Positions 47,281 to 57,082 of a DNA stretch of 64,000 nt are shown one piece after another. Position numbers and translations under genes: made by a program. Under the pieces are notes generated by a model. It was not told where the DNA came from, made no database searches, and was given only the letters and a program-made list of their open reading frames with translations. This stretch comes from Fidelibacterota bacterium. Lineage in GTDB: Bacteria; Fidelibacterota; Fidelibacteria; Fidelibacterales; DSDE01. Position 1 is the stretch's first letter. Every line of letters starts with the position of its first letter. Location: the NCBI GenBank assembly GCA_046735395.1, contig JBJKQR010000018.1:96001-160000 (forward strand). Reading direction: 5' to 3'.

Positions 47281-48576
47281 ATGAAGAGAATAGGGATTTT
47301 GCTATTGTTATCCATATTATTTCTGAATGCAGAAGATGTGGTCAAGAAGGGATTCAATTTCGGAGTCCTGCCGGCCATCGCCTATGATGCGGATCTGGGA
47401 TTTCGCTACGGTGCCCTGACTAATATCTTTGATTATGGCGACGGGAGTCATTATCCGCGTTATGATCATTCGATTTATCTCGAATGGTCACAGACCACGA
47501 AAGGCAGCGGGACGGCGACCATGAATTACGACAGTGAATATCTCATTCCCGGAATTCGTGTGACTTCCGAGATCAGTTATTATACAGAGAAAGGCCTGGA
47601 CTTTTTCGGATTCAACGGTTACGAAAGTGATTATAATCCGGATTTTGTGGACGAGGCCAGCAACAGTTACAAGACCCGGGTCTATTACAAGCATAACCGG
47701 GCCCTGTTCCGCGTAAAGGCGGATTTTCAGGGTGCGGTAAAGGCTGTAAATCATTTACGCTGGCTGGCCGGTTACGCCCTGTACAATACGACCGTCGGCC
47801 CCGTGGATGTGGCGGCCCTGAACAAGGGGAAGGCCGCAGCGGACCAGCTGCCGCTGGATTCACTCACTCTGTATGATGAATATGTCAATGCCGGAATCAT
47901 TGCTCAGGATGAAAAGGACGGCGGGCTGAACAATATGCTGAAGGTGGGAGTGGTGTACGATACCCGCGACAATGAACCCAACCCCATGAAGGGTATCTGG
48001 ACGGAAGCGCTTATCCTGGCGGCTCCGGGTGTGCTGGGAAATGAGTATTCCTTCAGCAAGTTCATTCTGACTCATCGTCAGTATTTCACGCTCATTCCCA
48101 ATGACCTGTCCTTTGTCTATCGCGTGGGAATCCATCAGAAGCTGACCGGGACCATTCCCTTCTATATGCTGCCCTATGTCTTTGACAGCAAGCAGACCAA
48201 GGATGGCCTGGGCGGGGCAAAGAACCTGCGGGGAATCATGAGAAACCGGGTTGTGGGCGACGGCATGGCCTACACGAATCTGGAACTTCGCTGGAAATTC
48301 TACCGGACGGTATTAGGCGGCCAGAATATCTACCTGGCGCTGAATGCCTTCACAGACGCCGGAATGGTCTATGACCGCTACGATTATACGATTACCGATC
48401 CGTCTGCCCTGACCACGGTCCCGGATGAAAGCAAGGAGGGACTGCATGTGAGTTATGGCGGTGGTTTCCGCATCGCCATGAATCAGAATTTCATTGTTGC
48501 CGTGGACTACGGCATCGCAGCGAATAAACAGGATGGAAGCAGCGGATTATACATCGGGCTGAATTATTTATTCTGA
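47281..48576 (+). CDS. Omp85/BamA-TamA-family barrel-only outer membrane protein
   Basis: Signal peptide, YDTRD, GLGGAKNLRG lid-lock-like motif, ELRW, terminal LNYLF; no POTRA seen. Confidence 0.82.
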   Translation: MKRIGILLLLSILFLNAEDVVKKGFNFGVLPAIAYDADLGFRYGALTNIFDYGDGSHYPRYDHSIYLEWSQTTKGSGTATMNYDSEYLIPGIRVTSEISYYTEKGLDFFGFNGYESDYNPDFVDEASNSYKTRVYYKHNRALFRVKADFQGAVKAVNHLRWLAGYALYNTTVGPVDVAALNKGKAAADQLPLDSLTLYDEYVNAGIIAQDEKDGGLNNMLKVGVVYDTRDNEPNPMKGIWTEALILAAPGVLGNEYSFSKFILTHRQYFTLIPNDLSFVYRVGIHQKLTGTIPFYMLPYVFDSKQTKDGLGGAKNLRGIMRNRVVGDGMAYTNLELRWKFYRTVLGGQNIYLALNAFTDAGMVYDRYDYTITDPSALTTVPDESKEGLHVSYGGGFRIAMNQNFIVAVDYGIAANKQDGSSGLYIGLNYLF

Positions 48577-48666
48577 TACAATTTGTTTTACGTGACCGAT
48601 CTCACCGGAGCTGAAGCTTCGGAAAAAAATAGTTTGAAGCGTCGTGCAGGCTCCTTAGCTTTTCGT

Positions 48667-51600
48667 ATGAGCAGGACGCTTCAAATGATATTTTCCGGTA
48701 TTCTTGTACTGGCCTCTACCAGTCTTTCTGCCGCGGATTTCCATGTTTCCGGACAGGAAAGCAACCTGAAATTCGATGCTCAGAACGACGGCCACCTGCG
48801 GGTGCAGCTCCACATCGGAACCGTGCGGACTGAGACGGTAAGAGCGGGTGGCGCCGACTACTTGCGTCTCAAAATTGACGGGACCTATCCGTCCGCCACC
48901 GTCGGCGAACCGGAACTGCCTGTATTCAGCCGGCTCATCGAACTTCCGGCGGGAGCCGTGAATGCACGGGCTCGCGTGGTGAGCAGCGGAAAGCAGATAT
49001 TCGGACTGGCAGCACTGGCGGCGGGAATCAAGCGGATTTATCCGGCTCAGCCGAGTCAGGCCAAATCCCTTTCTGATCCGATAACCTTTTCGTTGAATAA
49101 ATCAGCTTATGAAAGCCAGGCCTATCAACTGCCTGTATCGGAAACAGTGCAGATCGAGGACCTGGGAATGATGCGCAACCGCCATCTGTTTCGTCTGGCT
49201 GCCGCTCCGCTGAGCTACTCGCCCGCGAAGGAAAGCCTGGCCATTGATACAACTATGACAATACAGCTCGACTGGGATATGGATGGAATGGTTCCGTCCC
49301 GACTTCCGAAGACGAATGCGGCTCTGGACGAAATTCTGAACAGTGCCGTCGATTCACGACCTCTGCCGCTGACCGCCCTTTCTACTGCGGATTATCAAAC
49401 GTATCCGCTCTATATGATGGTGGCGCCTGAAAGCTACAGGGATTCGCTGAGTGAATTCATTGCCTGGAAAACGTCCCTCGGATTCAGAGTCGAATTTCTA
49501 TCCTGGGAATCCGCAGGCGGAACTCCGGAGCAGCTTCGTACCCTGCTCGGAAACCGGTACAATTCTGATCCGGGGCATTTTCCTGATTATCTGCTGCTGG
49601 TGGGGGACAATGAACAGATTCCGGCCTGGAGTTCACGGATTGGTTCCTGGGCTCATGTAACAGACTTGTATTATGCTGCAATTACGACCGGAGATCTGCT
49701 GCCGGATCTGATGGTGGGGCGCTTTCCGGCCGCGACAGCGGGTGAAGCGCGGCTCATGGCGGAAAAAAGCATGGAGTATGAAAAGCTGAACATTGCCGAT
49801 GGGCAATATTTGAAAAGTATCATGCTGATTGCCGGATATGACAGTTATGGAAATACGGACTATTTCGGCATTCCGACCATTGACTATGCGAGACAGGTGT
49901 ATTTCACCGCAGCTGCCGGGTATGATGTGACCTTTCTCAGCGGCCATGCGGATGTGAGCAGTATTCTGGATAAAATAAATTCGGGTGTCGGTTTCCTGAA
50001 TTATACGGGACACGGCTCCTTCAGCAGCTGGGTGGATCCGAATATCACCAATTATCAGATATTCGGCCTGAGCAATGATAATCTGCGTCCTCTGGTCATA
50101 ACCAACGGCTGCAAGACGGCCGCATTCCAGTACGCCACCTGTTTCGGCGAAGCCTGGATGCGTCATGACGGCGGCGCCATGGCCTATATCGGCGGTACGA
50201 ATGATACATACTGGGATGAGGATGTGTACTGGTCCTGCGGCTATTATAATCATGTAGGTGACGGACTCACACCTACAGCCTCGGAAACCGGTATCGGCGC
50301 CTATGACGCACCTTTTCGTGATGGAAGTCCCGTTCCGCAGAGTGCCCTGATTATCGCCGGAAACCTGGCCGTCAATGAAAGCACATCCACTTTTACCGGT
50401 TATTACTGGGAAGTCTATGAATTATTCGGAGATCCGGCATTGATAAATTTCTGGTCGCTGCCCGAGGACATCTCAGCTGCCATACCGGACAGCCTGCCCG
50501 TGGGAAGCGATGAACTGCGAATCCCGGTCACGAATATGCCGGCGAATCTCAAGGGAAGTGTCAGCGCCGGTTCTGAGCTGCTGAGCGATTCCTGGACTCC
50601 GGACGCAGGCGGGATCCGAATCCATCTCCCTTCTCCGTTAAATGATCCGGGACAGGTGAGTGTGACACTGAATGCGCCCGGCTATGCTGTCGTAAGCAAG
50701 GCTGTATCCATCGCCTTTTCCGGTTCTGTAACCATTATTCCGGATACGCTGACGGTGCTCGGGTCCAATGCGGTTCAGATAACCGTACTCAGCAACTCCG
50801 GTACTCCTGTTTCAGGACTTCAACTGTATTTTCAGGAACCCGGGCAGGTCTCCGATACGGTGCTGACGGATGCTGCCGGCAAGGCCAGCCTGACCTGGAT
50901 TCCTCACTACGGCCCGGATGTGGATTTGTTCGGCCGGATCCCGGGAGAGGACTATCTGTACTTCAGGGAAACACTGCCGCTGCGTGGCTGCAGCGATTTG
51001 CCTCCGGTGACGGTTCATGTCAGCACGGAGATCGGACTGTCCGATACTCTGGCCTCGAACCTGCCTGCACACATTTATTCAGATCTGAACACCTCCCCGT
51101 CCTGTTATTACAGGGATATGGAACAGAGTCTCTTTTTCAGGGATCAGGATACGGTGAGCGTGACAGCTGCGGCCTATGGTGAGGCTGATTTCTACCTTCT
51201 TCAGGACGGATACAATGCATATCATGTAAAAATTCCCATTAAACAGGCCATGGGAAAGGCAAGTTTTGTTCTGCTTGATAACAGCGCCAATCCTGTTCCG
51301 AATGCTATGCTGACTCTGTCCGGAACAGGCTTTACGGAAAAAATTTATAAAAGTGACAGTGAAGGGCTGATTGAAACCGGAGAATATCTGCCCTGCGGGA
51401 TGACTGCGCTGCGGATCTCTGTCTATGGCTTCTCGGACATGGATTCTCTTTTCCTGCTGCCTTACCGAGAGAGCGGGCATCGGATCGTTCTGGACACAGC
51501 CCCGACTTACCGTTTCAGCGGAACTGTCCGGGACGAGGCAGGACAGGGCCTGCCTTCCGCGCTTTACCTGCTTGATACGGACGGGATCCGGGTTCAGGAC

Positions 51601-53046
51601 AGCACGGATGTGACGGGAAACTTTTCATTTCAGCTGCCGGAATGGGATTTCAGGGTCGTAGCTGCAGCCGCCGGAAAAGCAAGGGCCGATTTCCCGATTC
51701 GCACGGACAGACAGGTGGATACACTGCTCACACTGACGGACGCCGACACGATCCTGCTGGTATATCCGGACTGGCTGTACAAAGGCAAGGGCCGTATCAA
51801 GGGGCAGGCGCCCGATGCCGGTCAGAGCAAAGGAACGGACCCAACGGAGACCATTCAGGATTTCCGGCTCTTCTGCCAGCTTTTTAACATTCCTTATTGT
51901 CAGGCCAGCCAGATTCAGTGTCTGGAGCTGAACCCCGGAACCTACCGGGCACTCCTTGTCATGAACGGACAGGCGGAACAGATCCTTGGCAAATCGTTTC
52001 GGGATGTTCTGATAGATGAAAGCCTGCTGGGAACCGATATGCTGCTGGAAGGGGGCGAGACCGGTTACGCGATGCGAAATGATTTGTCTTTCTGCCAGAC
52101 GGTACTGGGTTTCAACAGTTGGCTGAGTGACGGGGACGTGGGCAATGCCCTGATTCCTCAGGATCATGAATACAGCACGGGACAGCCGCTTCTGCCGACC
52201 AGTATCGGGATTGACTGGACGGATTATGCTGATGAAGATGTCGTACAGGCAGCGGATCCGCAAAGCGTAGTTGCTTTATGGTCTGACAATAATACGGCTT
52301 CCTCTTTGCTGGCCTGGGATCGTCATCAGGTTTACATGCCCTTTAATTTTTCAAATCTACAGTCTGATAATGATAAAATCCGGCTGTTCAGCCATACTCT
52401 GGGATATCTGGGAATAGGTTCGCGGCCCTTTATAAGTGAACCGGACTATGCGTTGCCGGAAGATGGGAATATCTTTAATGGTGGCCGCAGTGACCCGATT
52501 CCGTTCAATTGGTCTCTTGCTCCCTCCGTTCCCACAGTAACTCTCCGGTTTTTTACCGATACGCTGTTATTGAGCGAACCGGTAACCGGTACAAGCTACG
52601 AACTGAATGTTCCGGATCATTTCCCGCTGAATACGGAAATCGGCTGGACGCTGACCTTTACCCGTAATGATTCGTTGTGGACAAGCGGGATCCGGCATTT
52701 TACAATTATTGAAAGAATCGTGGGAACGCAGGACGTTTCCACCGATCTGCCCCGAAAATTTCAGGTTGGTGCAGGATATCCGAATCCCTTCAACAGCCGT
52801 GTGCTGGCGGATTACGACGTTCCGGAAACGGCGGATATCACTATCCGGGTCTATACGGTGCAGGGGCGGCAGGTCAGGAATGTGGACCTCTCTGCCGTGG
52901 ATGCGGGACGCTACACCTTTGTTTGGGACAGTGATGCGGGCGGGAGATCGTCATCCGGGATCTATTTTATCCGTTTTGTGTTCCGCAAACCGGGAAGCAG
53001 GGAAGCGATTTATGAACGGACCCTTAAAACACTCCTTATCCGATAA
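48667..53046 (+). CDS. C25 (gingipain-family) cysteine peptidase with propeptide, Ig/carboxypeptidase-regulatory-like repeats and a T9SS/FlgD-type C-terminal domain
   Basis: GEPELP propeptide, LLLVGD, TDLYYA, VGRFP, YTGHG (His), NGC (Cys), LFGDP; tail YPNPFN..VYTVQGR..WD..SSGIYF. Start moved to ATG 48667. Confidence 0.88.
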   Translation: MSRTLQMIFSGILVLASTSLSAADFHVSGQESNLKFDAQNDGHLRVQLHIGTVRTETVRAGGADYLRLKIDGTYPSATVGEPELPVFSRLIELPAGAVNARARVVSSGKQIFGLAALAAGIKRIYPAQPSQAKSLSDPITFSLNKSAYESQAYQLPVSETVQIEDLGMMRNRHLFRLAAAPLSYSPAKESLAIDTTMTIQLDWDMDGMVPSRLPKTNAALDEILNSAVDSRPLPLTALSTADYQTYPLYMMVAPESYRDSLSEFIAWKTSLGFRVEFLSWESAGGTPEQLRTLLGNRYNSDPGHFPDYLLLVGDNEQIPAWSSRIGSWAHVTDLYYAAITTGDLLPDLMVGRFPAATAGEARLMAEKSMEYEKLNIADGQYLKSIMLIAGYDSYGNTDYFGIPTIDYARQVYFTAAAGYDVTFLSGHADVSSILDKINSGVGFLNYTGHGSFSSWVDPNITNYQIFGLSNDNLRPLVITNGCKTAAFQYATCFGEAWMRHDGGAMAYIGGTNDTYWDEDVYWSCGYYNHVGDGLTPTASETGIGAYDAPFRDGSPVPQSALIIAGNLAVNESTSTFTGYYWEVYELFGDPALINFWSLPEDISAAIPDSLPVGSDELRIPVTNMPANLKGSVSAGSELLSDSWTPDAGGIRIHLPSPLNDPGQVSVTLNAPGYAVVSKAVSIAFSGSVTIIPDTLTVLGSNAVQITVLSNSGTPVSGLQLYFQEPGQVSDTVLTDAAGKASLTWIPHYGPDVDLFGRIPGEDYLYFRETLPLRGCSDLPPVTVHVSTEIGLSDTLASNLPAHIYSDLNTSPSCYYRDMEQSLFFRDQDTVSVTAAAYGEADFYLLQDGYNAYHVKIPIKQAMGKASFVLLDNSANPVPNAMLTLSGTGFTEKIYKSDSEGLIETGEYLPCGMTALRISVYGFSDMDSLFLLPYRESGHRIVLDTAPTYRFSGTVRDEAGQGLPSALYLLDTDGIRVQDSTDVTGNFSFQLPEWDFRVVAAAAGKARADFPIRTDRQVDTLLTLTDADTILLVYPDWLYKGKGRIKGQAPDAGQSKGTDPTETIQDFRLFCQLFNIPYCQASQIQCLELNPGTYRALLVMNGQAEQILGKSFRDVLIDESLLGTDMLLEGGETGYAMRNDLSFCQTVLGFNSWLSDGDVGNALIPQDHEYSTGQPLLPTSIGIDWTDYADEDVVQAADPQSVVALWSDNNTASSLLAWDRHQVYMPFNFSNLQSDNDKIRLFSHTLGYLGIGSRPFISEPDYALPEDGNIFNGGRSDPIPFNWSLAPSVPTVTLRFFTDTLLLSEPVTGTSYELNVPDHFPLNTEIGWTLTFTRNDSLWTSGIRHFTIIERIVGTQDVSTDLPRKFQVGAGYPNPFNSRVLADYDVPETADITIRVYTVQGRQVRNVDLSAVDAGRYTFVWDSDAGGRSSSGIYFIRFVFRKPGSREAIYERTLKTLLIR

Positions 53047-53054
53047 AGGACGAT

Positions 53055-53393
53055 ATGGCAAAAAATTTCAAACACAGAGTCGGGGTTGTGTATTCAACCA
53101 ATCCGGATTTTCAGTATGAGACGGATAAAAGGCAGGAGGCCGAGACCTTGCCGCCTGATCGCCAGCGCCTGAAACTTTTTTTCGATTCCAAGCGAAAAGG
53201 CAGCGGCATGACCATCGTGGAGAATTTTATCGGACGGGACGAGGATGCAAAGAATCTGGCCCGGGATCTGAAAAATCTCTGCGGCAGCGGAGGCTCCTTC
53301 AAGGACGGCGAAATCCTGATTCAGGGAGACCACCGTGAAAAAATCCAGGCCTGGCTTCAGGAAAAAGGCTATCAGCTGAAACGAAAGAATTAG
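53055..53393 (+). CDS. SUI1/YciH-family translation initiation factor
   Basis: VVYSTNP, RKG, LKNLCGSGGSFKDGEILIQGD. Confidence 0.93.
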   Translation: MAKNFKHRVGVVYSTNPDFQYETDKRQEAETLPPDRQRLKLFFDSKRKGSGMTIVENFIGRDEDAKNLARDLKNLCGSGGSFKDGEILIQGDHREKIQAWLQEKGYQLKRKN

Positions 53394-53400
53394 GAGTGTC

Positions 53401-54192
53401 ATGATCCGTCGTGTAGAATTGGAACAGTGGCTGAGGGAGACCTTCAGTTATGAAGAATTTTCGGATTTTTGTGCAAACGGCCTGCAGGTGGAGGGCGCCG
53501 ATACGATTTCGCGGGTTGTCTGCGGCGTATCCCTGAATACGCTGCTGCTGGACAAGGCTGTTGAAATGTCCGCGGAGGCCATTCTGGTACACCATGGATT
53601 CTTCGGGAAAGATTTTTTGCGTATCGCCGGACCGCTGCGGCAGAAATTAGTGACCCTCCTGAACCACAATATCAGTGTTTTCGGCATCCATCTTCCTCTG
53701 GACGCACATCCTGAGGTAGGTAACAACGCCGTGCTGCTGTCCTGGATCGGGGCGGAAAACCGCTCTCCCCTCAATGTGGGCTATCGGGCAGAAAACAGTG
53801 CCGGCCATTCGCTGGACAATATTCTGAAAATCTATTCCCGTCAACTGGGAGAATACGGACTCAGTGATGAGGGAATTCGCTCCGAGCTGAGCGGAAGGCG
53901 ACTCTATGGATTTGAAGTCTATCCCTTCGGCCCGGAGATTCCGCGGCGTATCGCCTGTATTTCGGGTGGCGCGTCATCCCTTCTGTCAGACGCGCTGGCA
54001 GCTGGTTGTGACACCTTCATCTGCGGTGAAACGAAGGAGCATATCCCTGCTATGGCCATGGATTACGGAATCAATTATATCAATCTGGGACATTACCGGT
54101 CTGAAAAGGCGGGAATCATGGCTCTGCGTGATGCGCTCAGCTCGCGATTTGATGCCGAGTTCACATTCATCGATATTCCCAATCCTATATAA
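53401..54192 (+). CDS. Nif3-like dinuclear metal centre protein
   Basis: NGLQVEG, LVHHG, HLPLDAH, GNN, GE, GHYRSE. Confidence 0.92.
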   Translation: MIRRVELEQWLRETFSYEEFSDFCANGLQVEGADTISRVVCGVSLNTLLLDKAVEMSAEAILVHHGFFGKDFLRIAGPLRQKLVTLLNHNISVFGIHLPLDAHPEVGNNAVLLSWIGAENRSPLNVGYRAENSAGHSLDNILKIYSRQLGEYGLSDEGIRSELSGRRLYGFEVYPFGPEIPRRIACISGGASSLLSDALAAGCDTFICGETKEHIPAMAMDYGINYINLGHYRSEKAGIMALRDALSSRFDAEFTFIDIPNPI

Positions 54193-54228
54193 TACATAAA
54201 TAATTATTTAACTATAATACGAATACGA

Positions 54229-55008
54229 TCAACGTTTTTCTGATTTTGTGACGATATACATGGGGCTGTACCGGTTCAATGGTGTCGCATCGTCATTCCA
54301 GTCGTCCTCGTAGAACCCGGTGAGGATGAGCCCGGCCTCAATCTGTCCGGCAATCTGATCTTCGAGCGAATGCCCGAACTGCAAGGTCTGGCCGCTTTCC
54401 AGCAGATTCTGCCAGGTTGCGGGCGGCAGGCATTTTTCATCTGAATAGGGAAGGGCGTATTTTACTGCCAGCTGCCCGGATTCCATCGCCTCGTCGTGAT
54501 CAAACAGATAAAACAGCGGATTGAGAAACCCGGCCAGACAGCATCCGCCGGGTTTGAGAATGCGGGCACAGCTTTTCCACAGCGGCCGGATATGGGGAAT
54601 GAAGAGGTTGGAAACCGCATGGATGATGAGGTCAAATTCCTCGTTCTGAAAGCAGCTTAAATCCTGCATATCTCCGCGAATGGTATTCAGCTGCAATCCG
54701 TCCCTGTCGGCGACCTCCCGGTCCCGGGCCAGCTGTTCGTCCGAATTGTCAAAACTGATGACCTTTGCTCCGGCAGCGGCCAGAAGAGGCGCCTGCTGTC
54801 CGCCTGCGGAGGCGAGACATAATACCTGTGCATCTTTCAGGGCACCAAGCCAGTTCAGAGGAAGAGGCCGATTGGGCGTCAGATAAATACTCGGATTTCC
54901 ATGTGCCGCGGCACGGATCTCTTCCGGTGAGACGGGCCTGCTCCAGGGGCCGCCTTCCCGGCATTGACGGTTCCAGGCCTTCCGGTTATGTTCGCTGATA
55001 TTTATCAT
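54229..55008 (-). CDS. Class I SAM-dependent methyltransferase
   Basis: VLCLASAGGQQ, GDM, FDLI, ARILKPGG. Confidence 0.9.
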   Translation of the reverse strand: MINISEHNRKAWNRQCREGGPWSRPVSPEEIRAAAHGNPSIYLTPNRPLPLNWLGALKDAQVLCLASAGGQQAPLLAAAGAKVISFDNSDEQLARDREVADRDGLQLNTIRGDMQDLSCFQNEEFDLIIHAVSNLFIPHIRPLWKSCARILKPGGCCLAGFLNPLFYLFDHDEAMESGQLAVKYALPYSDEKCLPPATWQNLLESGQTLQFGHSLEDQIAGQIEAGLILTGFYEDDWNDDATPLNRYSPMYIVTKSEKR

Positions 55009-56246
55009 TCCTCTGTCCTTTTCATCTGCCGTTGAGTTTGGGTATCAGGGGCCAGGCTCTGGTCTTCAGTGGAACGCTCACGGATCCCGGGAACGGCGAT
55101 AAGGGCCATCAGAGCCAGGACGGCAGATGCGATGAACGTTGCGGAGGGACTGTAGCGGGACCAGAGAAAACCTGCGCTGAGACTGGCGCCGAGTGCGGCC
55201 AGACCTGTGACCAGGTGATAAAATCCGAAGGCGCTTCCACGGAGAGACGAGGGGGACGTATTGGCGACCAGGCGGGACAGAGTTCCCTGCGAAAATGCCA
55301 TGTGAGTGCCCCAGAGTGCGGCTCCGAAGAGCGTCAGTCCGGCTGATCGGGAGAAGGCAAAACACAGATCGGCCAGAATCAGAAAGAAGATACTCAGCCC
55401 TATCAATTTTTGAGAACTGATGTGGTCGGCAGCCCTGCCTGCAGGGTAGGCGCTCAGAGAATAGAAGATGTTCATCACAACCATGATCAGCGGAATCCAG
55501 GCAAGGGAAAAACCGGATATTCCGGCCTTGAGAATGAGAAAGGCTTCACTGAAGCGGGCCATGGCAAACAGAAATGCGAAAATGAGAACGCGGTAATAAG
55601 CATGCGGGAATTGGTGCAGATGCTTGAAATGAAACGCCCTTGCTTCCTTGTGTGATACAGCGGATGGTTCATGGACTGCCGTTATGAGAATTGCCAGAGA
55701 GATACTCGCCGGAATGACGGCAAACCAGAGTACGGTGCGGAGATGACCGGCAAAGACCAGCATCCCGAGAATGGCCAGAACAGGCCCGAGCACGGCGCCG
55801 ACCGAATCCAGTGCCTGGCGCAGGCCATAGGCGGCTCCACGCAGATTCGCCGGAGTGATATCCGCGATGAGGGCGTCTCTCGGAGCACCCCTGATGCCTT
55901 TACCGAGCCGATCGGTGAAGCGCGCCGAAAAAACGGCAAGAATTGAATCAGCCAGGGGAAATATGAATTTTGAAAGAGTCGACAATCCGTAGCCGAGTAC
56001 GGCGAGGAATTTTCGTTTTTTCAGAAAATCACTGAGCAGCCCGGAGAAACCTTTGATGATGGTGGCTGTAGCTTCGGCAATTCCTTCGATGAGGCCGATA
56101 CTCAGCATTCCTGCGCCAAGTGTCGTAACCAGAAATAGGGGAAGAAGACTGTGAATCAATTCGGAGGAACTGTCCATGAACAAGGAGACAAAACCCAGAG
56201 CCCTGACATCAGGAGGGATGGGGGAGGACGGCTGCACAGGTTTCAT
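55005..56246 (-). CDS. MFS transporter
   Basis: SLFMDSSSE, GLLSD, DRLGKGIRGAPRDALIAD; about 12 hydrophobic segments. Confidence 0.93.
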   Translation of the reverse strand: MKPVQPSSPIPPDVRALGFVSLFMDSSSELIHSLLPLFLVTTLGAGMLSIGLIEGIAEATATIIKGFSGLLSDFLKKRKFLAVLGYGLSTLSKFIFPLADSILAVFSARFTDRLGKGIRGAPRDALIADITPANLRGAAYGLRQALDSVGAVLGPVLAILGMLVFAGHLRTVLWFAVIPASISLAILITAVHEPSAVSHKEARAFHFKHLHQFPHAYYRVLIFAFLFAMARFSEAFLILKAGISGFSLAWIPLIMVVMNIFYSLSAYPAGRAADHISSQKLIGLSIFFLILADLCFAFSRSAGLTLFGAALWGTHMAFSQGTLSRLVANTSPSSLRGSAFGFYHLVTGLAALGASLSAGFLWSRYSPSATFIASAVLALMALIAVPGIRERSTEDQSLAPDTQTQRQMKRTEE

Positions 56247-56303
56247 TGCTGATTCTGCCGATTGGATAGATTATCTCTGAGGCCGGCCCTTGCCGGATTC
56301 CAA

Positions 56304-56705
56304 TTATTTATTTTCTGCGGAGGCGGCTTCAATCCAGCGGATGGCGTCATCCAAATTTGAAAAAACAGCCATGTTCTTCGCAACATGCGGCATCATCATA
56401 GATTCGAACATACTGATGATGCTTTCGCCGTCAATCGTATTTACAACGATGGCTGATTTCCGGTCGCTGCCCGGAGCCCAATAGCGTTTCCCGATGACCT
56501 CCTTCAGCTTCATGAGTACCAGCGTGGTGGCGTTATCAAAGCGGGCTGTCCTGAAATCCCAGATGGAATTCTGCTCTGTCGCATCACTTCCGGGACTTTC
56601 GAATACACTTTCAAGAAACTCGAGAATAGCTTCCATTTCCAGGATTCCATCGAGAGTGTGAATTCGCAGATTTTTGTCTTTAAGGATTTTTGTCGTTGTT
56701 TTCAA
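56304..56705 (-). CDS. Small SpoIIAA/STAS-SEC14-like protein
   Basis: IWDFR, KSAIVV, VFSNLDDAIRWI pattern; start uncertain (TTG 56705 chosen; the track's 56912 extension looks intergenic). Confidence 0.55.
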   Translation of the reverse strand: MKTTTKILKDKNLRIHTLDGILEMEAILEFLESVFESPGSDATEQNSIWDFRTARFDNATTLVLMKLKEVIGKRYWAPGSDRKSAIVVNTIDGESIISMFESMMMPHVAKNMAVFSNLDDAIRWIEAASAENK

Positions 56706-57082
56706 AATTATTAATAATTCCGTTTTGGGAATATAGTAAAAATTATATTGGTTATAAACAATACAATGGTTTAATCTCAGATATAGGAAGGCAGAAATCT
56801 GCCTCCGGCCGGATCGGTCAGATTGATTTCGCCATGACAATGAATTCACCGCTTCCGTTGCTGAGTATGAAAATATATACCGCAAAACCGAAGAATATAT
56901 TAAATTTCGCACTGATTTTTCGAAAAGGCAGTGTGAGAAATGGGAGTCTGCGACCTTTTTGAAATGTGGATAGACCTCGGGGAGAGGTGGACGCAGACAG
57001 AAAAAGCGGCCATTGGTAGAATGAGCGGCCTGGCATGATCAGAAATTAAAATCAACAAAGAAATATTGAAAGAAACGGACTT

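Noticed and set aside
54193..54228. dif (XerCD) site
   Set aside because: Minus-strand TTATAGTTAAAT resembles the XerD arm only with an extra base, and there is no XerC arm at the right spacing
57031..57046. Sigma-54 promoter (TGGCAT) as target of the NtrC-type regulator
   Set aside because: No TTGC -12 element at the required spacing
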